This document shows, piece by piece, positions 41,658 to 48,594 of a stretch of 48,594 bases of DNA. This DNA is from Candidatus Woesearchaeota archaeon (GTDB lineage: Archaea; Nanobdellota; Nanobdellia; Pacearchaeales; GW2011-AR1). Where the stretch lies: the NCBI GenBank assembly GCA_964653605.1, contig CAZZGW010000001.1:1-48594 (forward strand). The letters are read 5' to 3'. The position numbers and the translations under genes were made by a program. The notes beneath the pieces are model-generated. The model was given only the letters and a program-made list of their open reading frames with translations, had not been told where the DNA came from and made no database searches. Numbering within the stretch: the first letter of the stretch is position 1; every line of letters starts with the position of its first letter.

Positions 41658-42425
41658 ATGGATAGGGAAGAATTAATTAAAAAAATAACAGAGAAAAAAG
41701 AATTTTCACAATTACCTAAAAAAGATGTTGAAATGGTTTTTAATAAATTTGATAAACCAAATTATGTGGATTCTGAAAAAGTAAAAATGACTCGTGATCT
41801 TTTGAGAAAGGTTTATAGTGTTTTTACAAGCCAAAAATTATTGAAGCTGAAAGACAAGGATGCGGAATGGATTTTGGGAAAACATTTGTCTACTAAAGAG
41901 AGAGTTCCTTATTACAAAGAAGTTTATGATAGAATTTTTAAAGGAGTTAAAGGAGAGGGATTAAGCGTTTTTGATTTGGGTTCCGGAATTAATGGGTTTG
42001 GCTATGGTTATTTTCCAAAGGGAATAAATTATATTGGTTTTGAGGCAATGGGTCAGTTAGTTGAATTTACTAATTATTATTTTGATAGGGAAAAGATTAA
42101 TGGGAAGGCCTTACATGGGAGTTTATTTGAACTGGATAGGTTGAAGAAACTTTTGAAAGAAGGGGGTGGGGAGAAGGTTGTTTTTTTGTTTAAGGTTCTT
42201 GATAGTTTGGAAATGATTGAATCTGATTTTTCTAAAAAGTTGCTTTGGGAGATTGTCCCTTTGGTGGATAGGGTTGTTGTAAGTTTTGCGACTCGTAGTT
42301 TGCGTAGAGGAACCAAGTTTAAAGTTAATAGGGGTTGGATTTTAAAATTCATTTCGGATAATTTTAATCTTTTAGATGATTTTGAAATTGGAACAGAAAG
42401 ATATATAGCATTTAGTAAAAAATGA
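41658..42425 (+). CDS. ArmA/Rmt (FmrO) family 16S rRNA (guanine-N7)-methyltransferase homolog
   Basis: HLSTKERVPYY..VYDRIF, VFDLGSGINGFGY, VVFLFKVLDSLE, VVVSFATRSLRRG, IGTERYIAF. These parallel RmtB/ArmA HASTKERL, LDIACGLNPLA, LIFKLLPLLE, VSFPTRSLGG, IGTELIY. Confidence 0.7.
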   Translation: MDREELIKKITEKKEFSQLPKKDVEMVFNKFDKPNYVDSEKVKMTRDLLRKVYSVFTSQKLLKLKDKDAEWILGKHLSTKERVPYYKEVYDRIFKGVKGEGLSVFDLGSGINGFGYGYFPKGINYIGFEAMGQLVEFTNYYFDREKINGKALHGSLFELDRLKKLLKEGGGEKVVFLFKVLDSLEMIESDFSKKLLWEIVPLVDRVVVSFATRSLRRGTKFKVNRGWILKFISDNFNLLDDFEIGTERYIAFSKK

Positions 42426-42465
42426 CAGCAGCATATTTATATAGTAAAAGGAATTTTATTTTTTT

Positions 42466-43674
42466 ATGAAAGAGAATTTTAAAAAAAAGGTTTTGAAGAA
42501 TGGTTTAACCATCCTTTTTGAGAAAAGAGACGTTCCTGTTGTAAGTGTTTCATTTTCAATTAGGCAGGGGGGAGTAAATGAAGCTCCGGAGGAAAGAGGA
42601 ATTTCTCATTTTATTGAACACATGTTGTATAAAGGAACTAAAAATAGAAATGCAAAGGAAATTGCCCAAGAAGTTGAGAAAAATGGGGGGGAATTAGATG
42701 GATTTACCTCTGAGGAGATTACTTCTTATTGGTGTAAGATGCCCTCTAGGAATTTAAAAATAGCTTTGGAAGTTTTAAGTGATTTGATTAAAAATCCGCT
42801 CTTTAACGAAAAAGAAATAGAAAAAGAAAGAAAAGTTATTTTTGAAGAAATGAAAATGCACCAGGATAATCCTATGAAATATGTTCTGGATGAAATACAA
42901 AGGCATCTTTATGAAGGAAATATTGCCGAGAACCTTGCGGGGACATTTAAAATCTTGGAATCTATTGGAAGAAAAGAATTGGTTCAAAAATTTAAAGAAG
43001 TCTATACACCAAACAATATTATCTTGACAGTTGTTGGAGATGCTAGTTTTAATGAGATTGTCAAATTTGCAGAGGAAAATTTTGGAAATGAAAAAGGTTC
43101 TATTCCTAAGCAAGAGTTTGGTTTAAAAAATGAGGTGAAAGAAGAAAAGAGGGAAGGGGTTGATCAGGCAAATATGGTTTTAGCTTACCATGTCCCCCTT
43201 GCTAATGACCCAAAGCATTATGCTGCGAGAGTTCTTAGTGCGGTCATGGCAGAAGGGATGTCTTCTAGACTTTTTACAGAAATAAGGGAAAAAAGGAATC
43301 TGGCTTATGTTATTCAAGGGGGAGCAAATATAAGTAAGGATTTTGCGCATAATTTAATTTTGGCAGGAACAACAAAAGAAAATGTTCCTTTAGTTAAGAA
43401 GTTAATTCTTGAAGAATTTAAGAAAGTTGGAAAAGATTTGGATGAGAAAGAATTAAACCAAATTAAAGAACAGCTTATTGGACACCACCAGATTTCCATG
43501 GAAGATTCTCAGGTGCAAATGATAGGTTTACTTTCAGAGGAGCTTTCTGGAACTGTCGAAGATTTTTATAATTTTGAAGAAAAAATAAGAAAAGTTAAGT
43601 TGGAAGATGTGAAAAAAATGGCAAGAGGAGTAAAAGAGGGGAAATATAGTTTTTTTGCTCTTGTTCCTAAATGA
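42466..43674 (+). CDS. M16-family (pitrilysin/insulinase-like) zinc peptidase
   Basis: Inverted zinc motif HFIEH ... E in GISHFIEHMLYKGT. Two-domain length of 402 aa. Confidence 0.85.
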   Translation: MKENFKKKVLKNGLTILFEKRDVPVVSVSFSIRQGGVNEAPEERGISHFIEHMLYKGTKNRNAKEIAQEVEKNGGELDGFTSEEITSYWCKMPSRNLKIALEVLSDLIKNPLFNEKEIEKERKVIFEEMKMHQDNPMKYVLDEIQRHLYEGNIAENLAGTFKILESIGRKELVQKFKEVYTPNNIILTVVGDASFNEIVKFAEENFGNEKGSIPKQEFGLKNEVKEEKREGVDQANMVLAYHVPLANDPKHYAARVLSAVMAEGMSSRLFTEIREKRNLAYVIQGGANISKDFAHNLILAGTTKENVPLVKKLILEEFKKVGKDLDEKELNQIKEQLIGHHQISMEDSQVQMIGLLSEELSGTVEDFYNFEEKIRKVKLEDVKKMARGVKEGKYSFFALVPK

Positions 43675-43736
43675 TTTGTTTTCTTGAAGTTAATTAAAAT
43701 AGTTAAAGTTTTAAACTAGGATATTTCTGTAAATTT

Positions 43737-44567
43737 ATGGAAAAAGCATTTGTTGTGAAAGTTCCAGGCATAAATGGTCTAGGGAAAACAAAAGGTTGTG
43801 AGGGTAGTGGAAACGCTGTTTTAAAGGCCCTTAAGGAAGAAATTTATACTTCTGAAGAAGGAAAGAAGATAGACTTTCGTAAAATAGATTTAGAGGAGAT
43901 TCATTTAGATAATTCTGATTTGGTAAAGAGTAATAAGTTAATTTATAAAAATGCATTTGAAACATATGAAACAAAACCTAAAACTATTTTTTTAGGAGGA
44001 GATCATTCTGTATCATATAATTTAGTTAGGGGTTTTTTTGATTATTGCCAAAATCAGGTTCCTGTGAAAGAACCATGTTTGATTGTTTTTGATGCTCATC
44101 CTGATTTAATGACTCCTATGAAAGAGCCAACTCATGAAGAATGGTTGCGCGCTTTGATTGAGGATGGTTTTCCCCCAGAGAATATCTTGTTAGTTGGTTT
44201 GCGGAATTCTTATCCTGATGAACTTAAGTATATTAAAGAAAAAGGGATAAGGACAATTTCTTTGAATAAACTTTTGTTAAATATTGAAGATGCTTGCGAT
44301 GTTATAATGGAATTTTCAAATGGAAAAGAACTTTATGTTTCATTAGATATAGATGTTGTTGATCCCGCATTTGCTCCTGGGACAGGATACAGCAATGAGG
44401 TTGGAGGATTAACGAGTAGGCAAATGTTGTATTTAATTCAAAGGATTAATAAGATAAAGCATTTACGTGCAGTTGATATAGTTGAGATTAATGAAAAAAT
44501 TGATTTTGAGAAATTTAATGGAATTACCGTTAAGTTAGGGGCTAAGATTTTGGGAGAATTAGTTTAG
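43737..44567 (+). CDS. speB: Arginase-family ureohydrolase, probably agmatinase
   Basis: LGGDHSVSY, VFDAHPDL, SLDIDVVDPAFAPGTG (Mn-binding motifs). Confidence 0.8.
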   Translation: MEKAFVVKVPGINGLGKTKGCEGSGNAVLKALKEEIYTSEEGKKIDFRKIDLEEIHLDNSDLVKSNKLIYKNAFETYETKPKTIFLGGDHSVSYNLVRGFFDYCQNQVPVKEPCLIVFDAHPDLMTPMKEPTHEEWLRALIEDGFPPENILLVGLRNSYPDELKYIKEKGIRTISLNKLLLNIEDACDVIMEFSNGKELYVSLDIDVVDPAFAPGTGYSNEVGGLTSRQMLYLIQRINKIKHLRAVDIVEINEKIDFEKFNGITVKLGAKILGELV

Positions 44568-44569
44568 GA

Positions 44570-45259
44570 TTAATATTTTCTTCCTATTAATTCTAGGAAG
44601 GTTTCTGATTTTTTCCCAAGAATTTCTCTTAGTTTTTCTTCTGGCGCATTAATTATATTTTGTATTGTTCCAAGTTCATCTAGGAGTTTTCTGGAAGTCT
44701 TTGGACCTATTCCTGGAAAGACTTCAATTATAAACTGTAGTTGTTGTTTTTTATCTAAGTTTGATCGTGTTGGATTTAATGAAATTTCTTTTTCTTTTTT
44801 ATTTGCTATTAATTGTATGAACTTTGCTGTCTCTTTTTGATTTTTTGAGAAGAGAATTGGTATTTTATTTTTTAGTGCTATTGAAAGAAGGAAACCCCGT
44901 ATTGCGTTTGGGTTTATTCCAGAGTTTACATCGTCGTAATTTTCTTGTCCTTCTATTAGGAGTAACTTTTTATCAATTTTTTTTAGATCTTCAATTTGTC
45001 TAAGGAGTCTTTTGTTAATCATTGAACCCAAAAAATCTTGCTGGGTCTTTCTTTCTATAATAGTATTTCTTACAATGTAATCCCCAACTTTTAATTCTTT
45101 AAGTTCTACTTCTAAGCCGAGTTTTTTGAGTTCTTCTGGGACTGTTGATTTGTTTTCTCTATGGTCCACTATGATTCTTTGCTTTGGTTGTTCTTTTCTT
45201 GGCTTGCTCTTAGAAAAGATTTCTAATGCTTGTCTTTGTTTTATTATTTTAGGAGTCAT
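44570..45259 (-). CDS. ERCC4/XPF-type nuclease with C-terminal (HhH)2 (Hef nuclease module)
   Basis: IIVDHRE, GDYIV, IIERKTQQDF, and FPGIGPKTSRKLLDELGT. Confidence 0.85.
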   Translation of the reverse strand: MTPKIIKQRQALEIFSKSKPRKEQPKQRIIVDHRENKSTVPEELKKLGLEVELKELKVGDYIVRNTIIERKTQQDFLGSMINKRLLRQIEDLKKIDKKLLLIEGQENYDDVNSGINPNAIRGFLLSIALKNKIPILFSKNQKETAKFIQLIANKKEKEISLNPTRSNLDKKQQLQFIIEVFPGIGPKTSRKLLDELGTIQNIINAPEEKLREILGKKSETFLELIGRKY

Positions 45260-45324
45260 TTTGTATTTGGATGTATGTTTTCCACTTTAATTATCTTTTT
45301 ATATCCGAGGAGGGTTATTTTTTT

Positions 45325-46362
45325 ATGGCCAGAATTATTGGAAGAGGATATTCTTTTGAAGATGTTTTAATTGTCCCAAAATATAATAAAATACATTCTA
45401 GAAAAGAAGTTTCATTTAAAACATGGGTTACTAAAAATCATTCAATTGAAATTCCTTTAATTGTTGCTAATATGGATACTACTTGTGAAGTTGAAATGGC
45501 TGTTGCTATTGGTAAATTAGGTGGTTTAGGAGTTATACATCGATTTATGAGCATTCAGAAACAGAAAAAACAAGTTATAGAAGTTAAAAATTATGGTTTG
45601 TTAAGTGCTGCTGCTTTGGGTGTTAAAGATTATGAAGAAAGAATTAAAGCGCTTGTTGAAGCAGGGATTGATATTGTTGTTTTAGATATTGCCCATGGAC
45701 ATTCAAAGTATGCTGGCAAAATATTAGATTATATTAAGGAAAATTATCCCCTTGTTGATGTGATGGCTGGAAATATTGCAACAAAAGATTCTGCGGAATA
45801 TTTTTTCTCAAAAGGAGCAGATGCAATTAAAGTGGGCATTGGTCCTGGTTCAATGTGCACAACTAGGATTATGACTGGTGCTGGTGTTCCTCAGTTAACT
45901 GCAATAATGGATGCTTATGAAGCAACTCAAGGAAGAATCCCAATTTGTGCTGATGGGGGTGTGTGTAATCCAGGGGATTTAGCAAAGGCCTTGGGTGCTG
46001 GCGCAAATACTGTAATGTCTGGTTCTATTTTTGCAGGAACAAAAGAAACACCCGGCAAAATTGTTAAGAGCGGGGGGAGGGGGTTTAAACTTTATAGAGG
46101 AATGGCGAGTTTTGATGCAACTTTGAAAAAGAAAAAGTTAGACGGAGAGGATATTCACGAAATAATTTTTATTGAAGGTGAAAAAGCAATGGTTTCTTAT
46201 AAAGGACCCGTTAAAGAAGTTGTTAAACGCTATCTTGGGGGTTTGGCTTCTGGAATGACTTATGTTGGGGCCTTAGATATGGCCTCATTTATTGGAAAAG
46301 TGGATTTTCTTGAAATTTCTGCAGCGGGATATAAAGAAAGTGTTGCTCATGGAATTAATTAA
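45325..46362 (+). CDS. IMP dehydrogenase / GMP reductase family protein without CBS insert
   Basis: ATG at 45325 ([18 protein letters not shown]) with GAGGAGGG upstream. Catalytic loop [24 protein letters not shown]. Confidence 0.85.
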   Translation: MARIIGRGYSFEDVLIVPKYNKIHSRKEVSFKTWVTKNHSIEIPLIVANMDTTCEVEMAVAIGKLGGLGVIHRFMSIQKQKKQVIEVKNYGLLSAAALGVKDYEERIKALVEAGIDIVVLDIAHGHSKYAGKILDYIKENYPLVDVMAGNIATKDSAEYFFSKGADAIKVGIGPGSMCTTRIMTGAGVPQLTAIMDAYEATQGRIPICADGGVCNPGDLAKALGAGANTVMSGSIFAGTKETPGKIVKSGGRGFKLYRGMASFDATLKKKKLDGEDIHEIIFIEGEKAMVSYKGPVKEVVKRYLGGLASGMTYVGALDMASFIGKVDFLEISAAGYKESVAHGIN

Positions 46363-46386
46363 TTATTTTGTTTTTGGGTTTGTTTG

Positions 46387-47946
46387 TTATAATGTCCTTT
46401 GTTTTTCTCTATAGTCTAGGATTCCCAAGTCCATATCTTTTTTAATTTTTTCGATGGTGGTTTTCATTTTTTTTTCTCTAACTCGGGAAACATAGAAGGA
46501 CCTTTCATCCCGTGTTCCCTTTGTCACCATAATTATTAGTTTTCCTTTGCTTAATCTTGCTGTTCTCCCAGCTCTCTGTATTGAACGGATTGCAGAGGGA
46601 ACTGGTTCGTAGAGAAGAACTGTGTTTACTTCTGGAATATCAAGGCCTTCTTCTCCAATACTTGTTGCACATAGAACATTTATTTTGTTTTCTCTAAAAT
46701 CATCAAGAATTTTCTTTTGTTCTTTTTGTGTGAGTCCCTTAGCTGAACCTTTGGTTGCTTGTCCAACAAAAACTTTTGCCCTTATGCTTGGAAGGATATT
46801 TATTTTTTTTGCAATTGCCGTTGCTGTATCCCTAAATTGACTGAAAATTATTATTTTTGCATTCGCATTTTCTTTTTTCTCTTCAATTATTAATTCTAAT
46901 ACTTTCTCCATTTTTGGATGTTCCTTCCCTTTTGCCAATAATTCATTGGATTGCATAAATACATAGTTGAACTCTTGTTTTGAAACTAATTTTACGACCC
47001 CCTTGCTTTGTTTTTTTGCGGCTTGGTTAAAAAGTTCTTTAAGGTATTTGTTAAAGCTTTGAAGTGTCTGGGTCTCAAGAAGCTCTAGTGCATGCTGGAT
47101 TTTTATTGCCTGTGCACATGCGCTTGCTCCTAGGAGATAATTATAATTTGTGCTTATATTTCCCGAAGAGAGGGTTCTTGAAATTTTCTTTTGGAGTTCA
47201 ATTAGCCCTATTTTTGTTGCAGGGCCAAATAGGACTTTTCTCCTTTTTAGCTCCTCAACATATTGATTAAAGAGTTTGGTTATAACTTGCCTCATTTCTT
47301 CAAATTCTGGAGGGAAGTCCACAATAATTTTTTCAAATTCTAATTCTTGGAGATATTTTTTTACATCTGGGCTATCTCTCGATCTTAATTCTACATTGGT
47401 TATTGAAAGATTTCTGCAAATTTCTTTTATTTTTGTTGCCTCTGATCCAGGAGATGCTGTTAGACCAATTATTCTCTGGTTTATAGCTTGTTTCTTGTAC
47501 ATTTGAGCCACATAGTTATAGTCATAATTTTTCATACATCTATGGGCCTCGTCTTCAATGAGGAGAGAGACTTCTTCTAGGGTATATAGTTTATTTTTTA
47601 CGTCGTTGGCAACACATTGGGGAGTTGAAAAAATTATGTCTGCTGTTTGCCATATTTTTTTTCTTTGATCGGCCTTTATGGCTCCTGTAAAAAGTTGCAT
47701 GTCTGCAAATAATTCTGGAAGATGTTTTTTAAAAAAATCAATATGTTGCTCTGCTAGAGGTTTTGTTGGGGCCAAGAAAACTATCCTTTCTGTAGGAAAT
47801 TTTTTTAATCTATCTATTACGAGCATTAATGCAATAAGAGTTTTTCCTAGGCCTGTCGGAAGAACAACTAGACAGTTATCTTTTATACAAGACTCAAAGA
47901 TCTTTTGTTGATATTCCCTAGGTTCAATGTCTTTTAAGAATTCCAT
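46387..47946 (-). CDS. Hef-type SF2 helicase (DEAH) module
   Basis: PREYQQKIF, LPTGLGKTLIA (motif I), DEAHR (motif II), TASP, QRAGRTAR (motif VI). Confidence 0.85.
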   Translation of the reverse strand: MEFLKDIEPREYQQKIFESCIKDNCLVVLPTGLGKTLIALMLVIDRLKKFPTERIVFLAPTKPLAEQHIDFFKKHLPELFADMQLFTGAIKADQRKKIWQTADIIFSTPQCVANDVKNKLYTLEEVSLLIEDEAHRCMKNYDYNYVAQMYKKQAINQRIIGLTASPGSEATKIKEICRNLSITNVELRSRDSPDVKKYLQELEFEKIIVDFPPEFEEMRQVITKLFNQYVEELKRRKVLFGPATKIGLIELQKKISRTLSSGNISTNYNYLLGASACAQAIKIQHALELLETQTLQSFNKYLKELFNQAAKKQSKGVVKLVSKQEFNYVFMQSNELLAKGKEHPKMEKVLELIIEEKKENANAKIIIFSQFRDTATAIAKKINILPSIRAKVFVGQATKGSAKGLTQKEQKKILDDFRENKINVLCATSIGEEGLDIPEVNTVLLYEPVPSAIRSIQRAGRTARLSKGKLIIMVTKGTRDERSFYVSRVREKKMKTTIEKIKKDMDLGILDYREKQRTL

Positions 47947-47985
47947 TTTATAGCCAGATTATAGTCTTTTAAAAATTTTTAGGAG

Positions 47986-48594
47986 TTATACTAATAAAAA
48001 TGCATATCCTAGGCCTATTAGTGAAAGAATAGCTAGGATTATCCAAAGAACCAAATTTCCAAAGAATATTTTGTTTCCATCTAAATCAGATAGGGGGATT
48101 ATGTTGAAGAATGCTAACCAGATATTTATTTTGGCAAAGAAAGGGAGCCCTATCATGTAGAAGATTAATGCGAAGAAAAGATTTGCAATGACTCCTGCGG
48201 CAGCAATTCCTCCTATGTGGTTTTCCGTTGCTTCTGAAAATGAATAGTATCCATGCCTTTTTGCCGTTTTATATTTCTTTGCCTTTACTTCAAAGACCAT
48301 TGAAGCCATCCATATGAATCCGTTTAAAGGAGCAAGTAGAATTCTTGAAAGTATTGGAATTACTGCTCCTGCTGGAAATCCTTTTTTGAATTTGTCATGT
48401 GCCCTAAAGCCCCATCTTTTAAATTCCCAAATTTTAATTTCTATTTCTGAATCCAGATAAAAAGCAGTTACTTTCTTTACTAGTATATTTATTATCAAAG
48501 CTAAGAAAACTCCAAGCAATGCAGAGAGGAATAATGTAATTCCTTGGTCTAGTGTTATTGAGAAAGCAAGGATTATTGTTAAAATAATAATTAC
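47986..48594 (-). CDS. Membrane protein, site-2-protease (M50)-like C-terminal region; reading frame open to the window end
   Basis: FNIIPLSDLDGNKIF resembles the M50 NxxPxxxLDG motif. No HExxH seen in the visible part. The frame stays open upstream of the track start at 48519. Confidence 0.45.
   Translation of the reverse strand, partial: VIIILTIILAFSITLDQGITLFLSALLGVFLALIINILVKKVTAFYLDSEIEIKIWEFKRWGFRAHDKFKKGFPAGAVIPILSRILLAPLNGFIWMASMVFEVKAKKYKTAKRHGYYSFSEATENHIGGIAAAGVIANLFFALIFYMIGLPFFAKINIWLAFFNIIPLSDLDGNKIFFGNLVLWIILAILSLIGLGYAFLLV

Noticed and set aside
31542-47911. Remaining internal or antisense ORFs in the core block (31542..31769, 32974..33377, 34193..34387, 34432..34837, 35413..35634, 35778..35987, 37891..38076, 38985..39176, 39857..40060, 42077..42352, 42775..43113, 43314..43499, 46622..47911 series)
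   Set aside because: All are nested in, or antisense to, long ORFs with clear family motifs (Cdc6, PolD, TyrRS, methyltransferase, M16, Hef).

Overview
AT-rich archaeal chromosome segment. PolD, Orc1/Cdc6, Hef, archaeal r-proteins and RNAP subunits, and an intron-containing tRNA suggest a small-genome DPANN or euryarchaeal-type lineage. Core blocks: secF-secD; tRNA-Leu, tRNA-Arg (intron) and tRNA-Gly with a LAGLIDADG ORF and 5S rRNA; rpoN; L21e-rpoF-DUF655-S13-S4-S11-rpoD; L18e-L13-S9; an ORB-bearing oriC followed by orc1/cdc6, PolD small subunit, a nucleotidase and PolD large subunit; tyrS; DRG GTPase; an ArmA/Rmt (FmrO)-type methyltransferase; M16 peptidase; agmatinase; and a split Hef (nuclease and helicase separated by an IMPDH-family gene). 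Two accessory regions stand out. (1) About 14.7 kb (7.5-22.1 kb) lies between rpoD and rpl18e. It is almost all minus strand. It carries a four-gene operon ending in an FtsK/HerA-type ATPase with a C-terminal wHTH, then a roughly 10-kb train of mini membrane proteins, lipobox/secreted proteins and a collagen-like protein. I could not recognise an integrase, capsid or replicase in it. Phased GAAATACC arrays and a duplicated tRNA-Leu 5' end mark it. (2) Region 23.4-30.1 kb holds an XerA-like recombinase coupled to a catalytic-domain-less 'Recombinase' protein. It also holds palindromic AAACAG-CTGTTT iteron-like clusters, both intergenic and inside the linker-coding part of paralogous coiled-coil/wHTH genes, plus three dispersed CACTTAGGTTAGGT repeats. 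All calls come from reading the sequence and translations by eye; no searches were run.
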